In this document: positions 53,787 to 62,756 of the stretch, piece after piece
Position numbering within the stretch: position 1 is the stretch's first letter
Layout of the letters: every line of letters begins with the position of its first letter
Source: Alphaproteobacteria bacterium
Lineage (GTDB): Bacteria; Pseudomonadota; Alphaproteobacteria; SP197
DNA: 64,000 nucleotides
Direction of reading: 5' to 3'
Assembly: GCA_965116515.1 (NCBI GenBank)
Contig: OZ220705.1
Span: 4,381,113-4,445,112, forward strand
Notes under the pieces: generated by a model
What the model saw: only the letters and a program-made list of their open reading frames with translations
Databases searched by the model: none
Told to the model about the DNA's origin: nothing
Position numbers and translations under genes: made by a program

Positions 53787-54465
53787 CGCGAGCCGGGGTG
53801 GGGGTGCCGAGGCCGGTCGGCACGACCCGTGGTTCCATTCCTGTTGCATCGTGGCAACGGACCCTTCAGCCGCGAGTTTTCTCCCTAAAATCACCAGCGG
53901 ATTGTCCGCGTTGAGCGGACACGGCGCTCGTTGTCGAGAGCATCCAGCGCCGTGTAACGATCATCGAAGCTCACAGGCATGGCAAGCCTCCAACATGGGA
54001 TCATGCTGTCACCAGTGTTCCCTTCCGGCACGACCAGCGCAGCTGTCGCGAAGCATGGCAAACAACGCAAGAGTGGGCCTTGCCTTGCGAACGGGTCACC
54101 CGCACAGTCAAGTACGCGCCGGGAAGACCCGCTCGGAACTGTTGTTGCCGGTCAGGTCTCGCAGTCCGGCGTCTTCAGGCGAAGACCGGTCGACGCAGAG
54201 GTCGTGCAGGACTCGCAAACGGGCGCTCCACGCGCAATCCCGGTATCACCCGGAGCGAAACAGGTGCAAGGCCCGAAAGCGCCGGCTGCATCCCGCCTGA
54301 AGCATGCATCGGTCTCGGCAGTCCGCGGATGCCGGGCATGCGACACCTGCCTTCGCGATGGGCCGGCAGACCGGGACGATTCGCTTCTTGTTGACACCAC
54401 GGGCCCTGACTATCATCGCCGGGCTCCGGCACACCTGCTGCCCCCAGTGATGGCGAGAACAGGAC

Positions 54466-55428
54466 ATGACCCAACTGCGCGGCATTTTCGCGGCCATGTG
54501 CACACCCTTCGAGGACGACGGCGAGACGGTCGATCCAGGGCTCTACAGGGCCCACATTGACGACATGATCGAGGCTGGCCTGCATGGCCTCGTGCTGTGC
54601 TCGGGAACCGGCGAATACGCCTACCTGAGGGACGAAGAGCGCGCCTTTCTCATCCGGGAGGGCGCCAGGCACGTCGATGGCCGCGTGCCTACGATCGCGC
54701 AGACCACGGCGCTGAGCACGGCCGACTGCATTGCCAAGGCGAGGGCGGCAGAAGACTGCGGTGTCACCGCCGTCATGGTCATGCCTCCCTTTCTCGAGCC
54801 TCCCGGCGAACGCGGAGTGCTCTACCACTACGAGGCGATCGCCCGGGCGATCAGCATTCCGGTGGTCATGTACAACGTGCCGCAACAGGCCGCGCCTCTG
54901 ACTGTCGATCTCTACCGCCGCCTGATCGCGGTGGAGAACCTCGACTACGTCAAGGACAGCTCCGGCGACCTTCCTGAATTGCAGAAACTCGTTGCCTGCG
55001 GCGGCGGCGTCTTCAACGGCGCCGATCCCTATGCGCCCTACGCTCTGATGGCTGGCTGTGTCGGGATGATCTGGGGCGCGGCGAACTTCATGCCCCAGGA
55101 GTGCGCCAGGCTCTACGACCTGATCGCTGCCGGCGAACATGCCGAGGCGCTGGCCCTGTGGGATGCGATGCGTGACGTCTGCCTGTGGCTGTGGGACAAT
55201 CGCCACGAAGTCGACTACCTGAGCGGTGTCAAGGCAGCCGCGCGGCTCTCGGGCCGCGACATGGGCCCGCCGCGCAAGCCTCTGCCCTTCGTGCCGGGCC
55301 CGGCGCGGCACGACCTGCGCATGGCGCTTTCCAGACTGCCGGTCAACCGAAGCAAGGCGGAACGGCTGGTCTGGCGGGACTGGCAGGAAGAGCGCGACTG
55401 GCTCGTGCAGTCCTACCGCCGGGCCTGA
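54466..55428 (+). CDS. DapA-family class I aldolase/deaminase-like enzyme (e.g. pyrroline-4-hydroxy-2-carboxylate deaminase-like)
   Basis: GIFAAMCTPF...GSGTGEYAYL...VMVMPPF...YNVPQ...YVKDSSG (Schiff-base Lys). Confidence 0.85.
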   Translation: MTQLRGIFAAMCTPFEDDGETVDPGLYRAHIDDMIEAGLHGLVLCSGTGEYAYLRDEERAFLIREGARHVDGRVPTIAQTTALSTADCIAKARAAEDCGVTAVMVMPPFLEPPGERGVLYHYEAIARAISIPVVMYNVPQQAAPLTVDLYRRLIAVENLDYVKDSSGDLPELQKLVACGGGVFNGADPYAPYALMAGCVGMIWGAANFMPQECARLYDLIAAGEHAEALALWDAMRDVCLWLWDNRHEVDYLSGVKAAARLSGRDMGPPRKPLPFVPGPARHDLRMALSRLPVNRSKAERLVWRDWQEERDWLVQSYRRA

Positions 55429-55449
55429 CGCAAGACGAAACGGGACCCG

Positions 55450-56934
55450 ATGGCAAGGAGCCACCCGGCGGACACTCCCGCCTTCTCGACCAGGGCCGTC
55501 ATCGGCGGGCGCAGTGTCGAGGCCGCAAGCGGCAGGACCTTCGAAACCCTCAATCCCGCCAATGGAACGGTACTCGCCCGGATCGCGGAATGCGGGGAGG
55601 AAGATGTCGACCGTGCCGTCGCGTCCGCCCGCGCGGCATTCGATGACGGCCCGTGGCCGCGCATGACGCCTGGCGAGCGCAAGACCGCTCTGCAGCGTTT
55701 CGCCACCCTTGTCGAGGCCAACGCCGACGAACTGGCGATGATGGAAGCGCTCGAAGCGGGCAAGCCCATCACGGATTGCCTCGGAATCGATCTTCCGGAG
55801 ACGGTCAACACCCTTCGCTGGCACGCAGAGGCCGCCGACAAGATCTACGATCAGCTCGCTCCTTCGGGCGGCGGCGTGGTCTCGATGATCGTGCGCGAAC
55901 CCGTCGGTGTCGTGGGCGCCGTGCTGCCATGGAATTTTCCACTCATGATGGCGTCATGGAAGCTCGGCCCCATTCTCGCCAGCGGCAACTGCGTCATTCT
56001 CAAGCCAGCCGAGCAGACCTCTCTTTCGACCATCCGGATTGGCGAGATGGCAACCGAAGCGGGCATTCCCGACGGTGTGCTCAACGTCCTGCCGGGCTTC
56101 GGGGAAACCGCGGGCAAGGCAATAGGCCTCCATCCCGGCGTTGACTGCATAGGCTTCACGGGCTCGACGGAGACCGGACGCATGTTCCTGCGCTATGCGG
56201 CCGACTCCAACCTCAAGCGGGTGCTGCTGGAGTGCGGCGGCAAGAATCCCTTCATCGTCATGGGCGATGTCGAGGATCTCGATACGGTGGCCGAGCATGC
56301 CACCCAGTCCATCTTCTGGAACATGGGAGAGAACTGCTCCTCGAATTCGCGCCTCCTCGTCGACCGGACGATCAAGGAGGCCCTGATGGAGCGCATCCTG
56401 GAACGCACGCACGACTGGGTGGTGGGAGACCCCCTCGACAGCGCGACCCGCATCGGCCCGATGATCGAAGCCGCGCACATGGACAAGGTGCTCCATGACA
56501 TCGAAGCGGCGCAGGACGAGGGAGCCCGCCTCGTGCGGGGCGGCAAGCGCGTGCTGACGGAATCCGGGGGCTGGTTCGTGGAGCCGACGATCTTCGAGGA
56601 CGTGGCGCCCGACATGCGCCTGGCACGCGAGGAGGTCTTCGGACCTGTTCTCGCGGTGATGACCTTCGATACGCCCGAACAGGCGATCGCCATGGCCAAC
56701 GACACCGACTACGGCCTGGCGGCCTCCCTCTTCACCACATCGAACAAGACCGCCCACAACGCCGCGCGGGCCATCAGGGCCGGCACCGTGAGTGTCAACT
56801 GCTACGGTGAAGGCGATGCGACGACACCATTCGGCGGCTTCAAGCTGTCCGGCTTCAGCGGCCGTGACAAGTCCCTGGCCGCCCATGACCAGTATTGCGA
56901 GACCAAGACCATCTGGATGGATCTCTCCTCGTGA
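55450..56934 (+). CDS. NAD(P)-dependent aldehyde dehydrogenase (PuuC / alpha-ketoglutarate-semialdehyde-dehydrogenase-like)
   Basis: VLPWNFPL, ILKPAEQTS, FTGSTETG, LECGGKNP (catalytic Cys), EEVFGPV. Confidence 0.92.
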   Translation: MARSHPADTPAFSTRAVIGGRSVEAASGRTFETLNPANGTVLARIAECGEEDVDRAVASARAAFDDGPWPRMTPGERKTALQRFATLVEANADELAMMEALEAGKPITDCLGIDLPETVNTLRWHAEAADKIYDQLAPSGGGVVSMIVREPVGVVGAVLPWNFPLMMASWKLGPILASGNCVILKPAEQTSLSTIRIGEMATEAGIPDGVLNVLPGFGETAGKAIGLHPGVDCIGFTGSTETGRMFLRYAADSNLKRVLLECGGKNPFIVMGDVEDLDTVAEHATQSIFWNMGENCSSNSRLLVDRTIKEALMERILERTHDWVVGDPLDSATRIGPMIEAAHMDKVLHDIEAAQDEGARLVRGGKRVLTESGGWFVEPTIFEDVAPDMRLAREEVFGPVLAVMTFDTPEQAIAMANDTDYGLAASLFTTSNKTAHNAARAIRAGTVSVNCYGEGDATTPFGGFKLSGFSGRDKSLAAHDQYCETKTIWMDLSS

Positions 56935-58247
56935 AGATCGAGGTCCTGCCCAAGTCCGACAACAGAAACGGATGGCTGCAGACCCTGCCCCCGCAGCCCG
57001 CTGCGAACCGGGCGGCCGGCACGATCTGCGTCGACTACGCGGTCGTCGGCGGTGGATACACCGGTCTGGCGGCCGCACGGCGCCTCGGCGAACTCGACCC
57101 GCAGGCGCGGGTCGCCCTGATCGACGCCGAGCGGATCGGCAACAACGCTGCCGGTCGATGCTCGGGCTTTGCCATCGACCAGGCCCACAATATCCGCGCC
57201 AGGAACTTTGCCGGCTCCCTGGACGCGGAAAGGCGGCAGATCGCCCTGAACCGCGCGGGACAGGACTATCTGCGCGACATCGTGACGGAACAGGAGATCG
57301 ATTGCGACTGGCGCGAGGAAGGCAAGATCCACGGAGCCGCAACGGAGCGCGGCCGGGCGCTCGCCAAGGCCTACAGCGGCAACCTGGATCTGCTCGGCGC
57401 GGATTACCGCTGGATCGATGCTGCCGGGATGAAGGCGATCACCGGCACGGATTTCTATATTCAGGGACTTCACACGCCCGGCACAATTCAGGTCCAGCCG
57501 GCCGCCCTGGTGACCGGCATGGCGCGATCGATGCCTGAGAACGTCACGGTCTACGAGGATTCGCCGGTGACAGGGATCGCCCATGGTCCCCGACACCGCC
57601 TCGAGCTGGCAGACGGCACGATTTCCTGCGCAACGCTGGCGCTGGCAAACAACGGTTTCGCGCCCCAGTTCGGTTACTATCGCAAGTCCCTCATTCCGGT
57701 TGCGACATGGGCGAGCCTTTCCCGCAGGCTCGAGCCGGACGAAGTCGAGACCCTGGGCGGCAGGGCCGCCTGGGGCATCATTCCGGCCGATCCCTTCGGC
57801 AGCACGGTCCGGCGCACTGTCGATAACCGTATCCTGGTCCGCAACATCTACAGCTACGCCAGGCGCCTCAACTGCGAGGAAGCGATGAGGCGCCGGGTTC
57901 GCAAGGCACACCGACGATCCTTTGCCAACCGCTTCGTCATGCTGCCCGGCGTCGACCTGGAGTACACCTGGGGTGGTGCTCTCGCCCTGTCGCGCAATGC
58001 GGAACCGGTCTTCGGCGAGCTGGCCGAGAGAGTCTACGGCAGCTTCTGTCACAATGGCGTCGGCGTGGCCCGCGGGACCATCTGCGGCAAGCTGTTGGCG
58101 GAGATGATTCTCGGGCGCGAATCCGAACTCCTGTCGTACATGCTGGCAGCCGGACGGCCCGACCGGCTGCCTCCTGAACCCTTTCTCGGCTGGGGTGTCA
58201 GGAGCAACTTCGCCATTCGCCGCCACAGGGCTGGACTCGAACTGTGA
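56931..58247 (+). CDS. FAD-dependent oxidoreductase, PuuB/OrdL / D-amino-acid(hydroxyproline) dehydrogenase-like
   Basis: DYAVVGGGYTGLAAARRL dinucleotide fold. GTG 56931 overlaps the ALDH stop (GTGA). Confidence 0.85.
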   Translation: MKIEVLPKSDNRNGWLQTLPPQPAANRAAGTICVDYAVVGGGYTGLAAARRLGELDPQARVALIDAERIGNNAAGRCSGFAIDQAHNIRARNFAGSLDAERRQIALNRAGQDYLRDIVTEQEIDCDWREEGKIHGAATERGRALAKAYSGNLDLLGADYRWIDAAGMKAITGTDFYIQGLHTPGTIQVQPAALVTGMARSMPENVTVYEDSPVTGIAHGPRHRLELADGTISCATLALANNGFAPQFGYYRKSLIPVATWASLSRRLEPDEVETLGGRAAWGIIPADPFGSTVRRTVDNRILVRNIYSYARRLNCEEAMRRRVRKAHRRSFANRFVMLPGVDLEYTWGGALALSRNAEPVFGELAERVYGSFCHNGVGVARGTICGKLLAEMILGRESELLSYMLAAGRPDRLPPEPFLGWGVRSNFAIRRHRAGLEL

Positions 58248-59014
58248 GCGGGGCGCTGGATGGCAGGGTCGCGCTGGTGACCGGTGCGACATCGGGAATT
58301 GGCGAGGCAACCGCAGTCGCCGCCGCTGCCGCGGGCGCCAGGGTCATGCTGACCGGCAGAGACGGCGCCAAGGCCTCGGCGGTATTGCGCCGGATCGAGG
58401 AGACTGGCGGTACCGGCGCCGTCATCCTTGGAGATGTCGCCATCTCCTCCTTCTGCGAAGATGCCGTCGCCCGCACCGTGTCGACCTACGGCCGGCTCGA
58501 CGTGCTGGCCAATATCGCCGGCACCATGTGGCGTGGCGACGCGCTCGACACCAGCGACGAGGCCTGGCGCCGGGTCATGGCAACCAACCTCGATGGCACC
58601 TTCTTCATGGCGCGGGCGGCGATCCGCACGATGCAGGGAAACGGCGGCGGCGCCATAATCAACCTGGCATCCACTGTCGGCCTGGTCGGTACGCCCGGCA
58701 TGCCGGCCTACTGTGCCTCGAAGGGTGCCGTGGTGAACCTGACCCGCGCCCTGGCGCTGGATCACGCCACCGACGGGATCAGGGTGAATGCGGTCTGCCC
58801 CGGCGCCGTCGACACACCGATGCTGGTCTCGGGGCACCGCGGCTCCGGCAGTTCGCCGGAAGAGGTGCTGGCACGCAGCCGCGCGGGAATCCCGCAAGGG
58901 CGGATTCCGATGCCTGAGGAAGTCGCCCGGTTGATCATCTTCCTCGCCACCGACGACAGCCTGCACATCACGGGAGCCGCCATTTCCATCGACGGCGGCT
59001 ATACGGCGAGATGA
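58244..59014 (+). CDS. SDR-family oxidoreductase
   Basis: TGATSGIGEA, NIAG, YCASKGAV. 4-nt overlaps on both sides. Confidence 0.9.
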   Translation: MSGALDGRVALVTGATSGIGEATAVAAAAAGARVMLTGRDGAKASAVLRRIEETGGTGAVILGDVAISSFCEDAVARTVSTYGRLDVLANIAGTMWRGDALDTSDEAWRRVMATNLDGTFFMARAAIRTMQGNGGGAIINLASTVGLVGTPGMPAYCASKGAVVNLTRALALDHATDGIRVNAVCPGAVDTPMLVSGHRGSGSSPEEVLARSRAGIPQGRIPMPEEVARLIIFLATDDSLHITGAAISIDGGYTAR

Positions 59015-59775
59015 CCGGACGCCTGGCAGGCAAGAGTGCCGTGGTGACTGGTGGCGCGCAGGGGATCGGCCTGGCGATCTGCCGACGTCTTGCCGAAGCC
59101 GGCGCGCATGTCGTGGCGGGCGATCTGCGAAGTCCGCAGGACGGCAACCTGGCCTGGAAGCCGCTGGACGTGACCGACGAGGACTCGGTTACTGGTTTCA
59201 TCGAGGCCGTCGCGGCAGAACAGGGCGGCATCGACATCCTGGTCAACAACGCGGGCATCATGTTCGAAAGGTCCCTGGCCGGGCAGAGCGCGAACGACTG
59301 GGACCGCATGATGGCGGTGAACTTGAGGGGCCCCTTCCTGATGGCCAGGCATGTCGCGGAGCAGATGGCGGCGCGCGGCGGCGGCGCGATCGTCAACATC
59401 GGGTCCCTTGAAGGCATAGCGTGCAATCCCGGGCATACCGCCTATGCCGCCTCCAAGGCCGGAGTCCATGGACTGACCGTTGCGCTGGCCGTCGATCTCG
59501 GTCCCGTGGGCATCCGCTGCAACGCGGTGGCGCCTGGATGGATCGACACCGATCTCAACAAGGCCTACGTCGAGTCGCACCCCGACCGGGACCTTGTGAT
59601 GGCCGAACTGGGCAGGCTGCACCCGGTGGGCCATGTCGGCGATCCTCTCGATGTGGCGGACGTCGTCGTCTGGCTGGCCAGCGAGGAATCGCGTTTCGTC
59701 ACCGGTCAGGTGATCACGATCGACGGCGGACGCCACGCGCGCCTGTCCTTGCCGTCGATCATGAACCGTGCCTGA
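59011..59775 (+). CDS. SDR-family oxidoreductase
   Basis: VTGGAQGIGLA, NNAG, YAASKAGV. Confidence 0.9.
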   Translation: MTGRLAGKSAVVTGGAQGIGLAICRRLAEAGAHVVAGDLRSPQDGNLAWKPLDVTDEDSVTGFIEAVAAEQGGIDILVNNAGIMFERSLAGQSANDWDRMMAVNLRGPFLMARHVAEQMAARGGGAIVNIGSLEGIACNPGHTAYAASKAGVHGLTVALAVDLGPVGIRCNAVAPGWIDTDLNKAYVESHPDRDLVMAELGRLHPVGHVGDPLDVADVVVWLASEESRFVTGQVITIDGGRHARLSLPSIMNRA

Positions 59776-59828
59776 CACAGGCGCGACCAATCCCGGGAAT
59801 TGCCCGGTTCGCCCGGAATTGGTGCCCA

Positions 59829-61013
59829 TCAGTCGGCGAGAGCCTGCGCGAGATCGTTTTCGATGTCGCAAACGTCCTCCAGACCGACATGCAGGCGCAC
59901 CAGGCCTTCCGTGATTCCCAGGTGCTCCCGTTCTTCCGGGGACAGTTTGGAATGGGTCGTGGTGGCGGGATGCGTGACGAGACTCTTCGAGTCGCCGAGA
60001 TTGTTCGAGATGTCGATCAGCTTCAGGGCGTTGAGGAACCTGAAGGCGCGCCCGCGGCCACCATCGACCTCGAAGGCGATGATGCTGCCCCCTCCGAGCA
60101 TCATGCGCCGGGCGAGTTCCGCCTGGGGGTGGGCCGGGTGCCAGGGATAGAGCATGCGCCGAACGCCATGCCGCGAAGCCAGCCAGCCAGCGACGGCTTC
60201 GGCGCTCGCCGAGTGGCGTGCAATCCTGAGGTCGAGGGTCTCCAGCCCCTTCAGCAGCACCCACGCATTGAAGGGGGACAGTGCGGGACCGGTGTGCTTG
60301 AGGAAGGTGAACAGCGGCCCGTCCACGAATGTCGCAGGCCCCAGCACCGCACCACCGAGGCAGCGGCCCTGGCCGTCGATGTGCTTCGTGGCGGAATAGA
60401 CGACGATGTCAGCGCCGAGTTCCAGGGGCTTCTGCAGCAGGGGCGAGGCGAAGACATTGTCGACCACGACCGTCGCGCCCGCCGCGTGCGCCAACGAGCA
60501 GACCTCGGGAAGATCGATGATCTCGAGCGTGGGGTTCGAGGGTGATTCGACGAAGACGGCCCTGGTCCCGCCCTTGAGAGCATCGCGCCACTGTTCGATA
60601 TCGGTGCCGTCCACGAGACACGTCTCGATACCGAAGCGTGGCAGGATCTTTGCGACAACATGCAGGCACGAACCGAACAGCGCGCGCGACGCCACGAGCC
60701 TGTCGCCAGCCTCGAGGATCGAGGAAAGCGCGGCGAAGACTGCCGCCATGCCCGAAGACGTGGCGCGGCATGCTTCAGCTCCCTCGAGCATGCGCAACCG
60801 TTCCTCGAACATGGAGACCGTGGGGTTCCCATAGCGGGAATAGATGTAGCGCGGGTTCTCGTCCGCGAAGGCCGCCTCCGCTTCCTCGGCCGTGTCGTAG
60901 ACATAGCCCGAGGTCAGGTAGAGAGCTTCGCTGGTTTCGCTGTGGGGGCTTCGCGTCAGGCCGCCACGCACCAGGCGTGTCGGCAGGCGCCATTCGACAG
61001 GAGGCTGTTCCAT
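59829..61013 (-). CDS. metZ: O-succinylhomoserine sulfhydrylase / Cys-Met-metabolism PLP enzyme
   Basis: RLVRGG...YSRYGNPT...SSGMAA...YSATKHIDGQGR (PLP-Lys)...LGDSKSLVTHPATTTH. Start trimmed to ATG 61013 (GGAAGGAAG upstream). Confidence 0.85.
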   Translation of the reverse strand: MEQPPVEWRLPTRLVRGGLTRSPHSETSEALYLTSGYVYDTAEEAEAAFADENPRYIYSRYGNPTVSMFEERLRMLEGAEACRATSSGMAAVFAALSSILEAGDRLVASRALFGSCLHVVAKILPRFGIETCLVDGTDIEQWRDALKGGTRAVFVESPSNPTLEIIDLPEVCSLAHAAGATVVVDNVFASPLLQKPLELGADIVVYSATKHIDGQGRCLGGAVLGPATFVDGPLFTFLKHTGPALSPFNAWVLLKGLETLDLRIARHSASAEAVAGWLASRHGVRRMLYPWHPAHPQAELARRMMLGGGSIIAFEVDGGRGRAFRFLNALKLIDISNNLGDSKSLVTHPATTTHSKLSPEEREHLGITEGLVRLHVGLEDVCDIENDLAQALAD

Positions 61014-61140
61014 CGCGTGATCTTCCTTCCCGAAACCCACCTCGGGGCCCGGCCTCACCCGGAAGATCGACCGCAACCTTTTAGCGGGTTGTTTTTCGTG
61101 GCCGCAAGCCGGTTGGCACAAATCACCACGTCGTACAAAC
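61014..61140 (-). ncRNA. Structured metZ leader: possible SAM-II-like aptamer (about 61077-61129) plus SD-sequestering helix (61019-61026 / 61061-61068)
   Basis: Minus strand reads GUGGUGAUUUGUGCCAACCGGCUUGCGGCCACGAAAAACAACCCGCUAAAAGG. GAUCUUCC then pairs with the GGAAGAUC that forms the ribosome-binding region. Resemblance to the SAM-II consensus (GAUUU..GGCUU..AAAGCU) is partial. Confidence 0.3.
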
Positions 61141-61335
61141 CTGGAAGGAATGTGTCCGCAAGTCAAGCGAAAACGCTGGAAAGCACCGGACTCCGGTCGC
61201 ACTCGTCATGGGCCGGGGTCTCGATGAGACCCTTGCGCGCAGGGGGCCATCCAGGGAAGATATGCAGCCGTCTTGCCTCCTGATGGAACGCGCTGACAAC
61301 GTTGGCAACTGCCTCACGGTGTCTTCGACAGAGGC

Positions 61336-62469
61336 TCAACCGTTAGCCTCGTTCAACTGTTCTCTCACCCAGTCGTGAAAATCGCGCACGAAGATCTCCT
61401 GCGGCACAAGCACGCCGGCCTTGTGCCGGTTGGAGCGCAACCCCTTCTGGTTGATCTCGCTTGCCCTGCCATCCTCGCGAACCACGGTTTCGGCGAGCTC
61501 GATCAGCTTTTCTACCGAAAACCCGGGGTGCTCCACCGTCTTGGGCGGAACGAGCCACGACACCTCAAGCCGCGTGTGCTCAGGCCCGGTGGGAAGCATG
61601 TGCACCAACCTGGCGTAATCCACGTGCACGACCACATAGCCGCTCGGCGGGAATACGCCGAACGTCGCGCCGGCCCGCTGCTCACGCTCGGTGAGTCCTT
61701 CGAACCACGGCAGACTTGTCGCGCCACCGACGCTCCATGTGACTGCGCCCTCGATGAGGGGCGAAGAGGTGTCCCCGTCACTGCGCATGACATTGCCGGT
61801 TGCCAGCCCTTCGCGGAATTGTGGCACGATACGGCACAGTTCCGGGTGCACCATGGGACAGTGCAGACACTCGTTGAAGTTGTCCCAGAACGCCTTCCAG
61901 TTGCACTCGAGATCCAGTGTCATCGTGTGGACGGTGACGGTCTCTCCCAGATTCCAGTTCGCCAGGAGAGCAGGCGTGTCACCGAGTGTCCGGTCGTCGA
62001 ACGGCGCCGCGCTTTCATCAAGATTGATGAAGATGAACCCCGCCCATTCTCCGACAGCAACATTGTAGAGCGGGTATCTTGCGGTATCGAAGCCGCCACC
62101 CTCAAGACGCCAGGGTGTTGCTGTCAGTTCGCCTTCAAGCGAGTAGGTCCATGCGTGATAGGGGCACACGATCCGTCTGGCGCGAAAACTGCCACGCGAT
62201 TGCTGGCAGAGTACCGAACCGCGGTGCCGGCAGGTGTTGTGAAAGGCACGCAACCGGTGATTCCCGTCACGCGTGATGATGACGCTCTGGTCACCGACTT
62301 CCACAACCTGATAGTCGCCGACCGCTGCCAACCCGTCAGACCGGCCTACCAGCAACCACTGTCTGTACCAGATCTGCCTGAGTTCCCGTTCGTGGTGATC
62401 ACGGTCGTAATAGAAGACGCTCGGTAACGTTTCCGAGACCTCGTCAAGGCGAACGTAGGTGGTCGACAT
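61336..62469 (-). CDS. Rieske [2Fe-2S] non-heme-iron oxygenase, alpha-subunit type
   Basis: CRHRGSV...CPYHAWTY. Paralogous in layout to the 41793 gene (…WAGFIFINLDESAAPF…). Start trimmed to ATG 62469. Confidence 0.85.
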   Translation of the reverse strand: MSTTYVRLDEVSETLPSVFYYDRDHHERELRQIWYRQWLLVGRSDGLAAVGDYQVVEVGDQSVIITRDGNHRLRAFHNTCRHRGSVLCQQSRGSFRARRIVCPYHAWTYSLEGELTATPWRLEGGGFDTARYPLYNVAVGEWAGFIFINLDESAAPFDDRTLGDTPALLANWNLGETVTVHTMTLDLECNWKAFWDNFNECLHCPMVHPELCRIVPQFREGLATGNVMRSDGDTSSPLIEGAVTWSVGGATSLPWFEGLTEREQRAGATFGVFPPSGYVVVHVDYARLVHMLPTGPEHTRLEVSWLVPPKTVEHPGFSVEKLIELAETVVREDGRASEINQKGLRSNRHKAGVLVPQEIFVRDFHDWVREQLNEANG

Positions 62470-62756
62470 GGAGGCGGACCGTCCGCTGGAGGGGCAAGAT
62501 CGACGACATGCTATCGGCCGGTCGAATGGATAACAAGGCACGCTCGGCAGGCGAGATTGCCAAGAACTCACCTGGCCTCAGTCCCGCGGAATTTCTTGTC
62601 GACGTGGCAACATCAGCCTGAGGGCACGTTGACGAGATCGAGCGTGCTCGATGAGCAACGTGTGTGGCACGAACACCGCAAGTGGGCTATGTTTCTGACA
62701 CAAGTCGAAAGGGCGATTCAGATCAGCACCGTGCCCGGCGGCGACCCGGAGGTACC

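Noticed and set aside
53990-54450. Cobalamin-riboswitch-like snippets (GGTCGTGCCGGAAGGGAACACTGGTGA on minus strand; GCCGGCAGACCGGG and CTGCCCCCAG on plus strand)
   Set aside because: The elements are in the wrong order and spacing for a B12 aptamer on either strand. No complete B12 box plus GGGAA/GGUGAAA core could be assembled.
54175-55824. 549-aa minus-strand ORF
   Set aside because: Antisense to the DapA-family and ALDH genes. The same reasoning applies to 55954-57342, 56802-58310 and 58999-60264.
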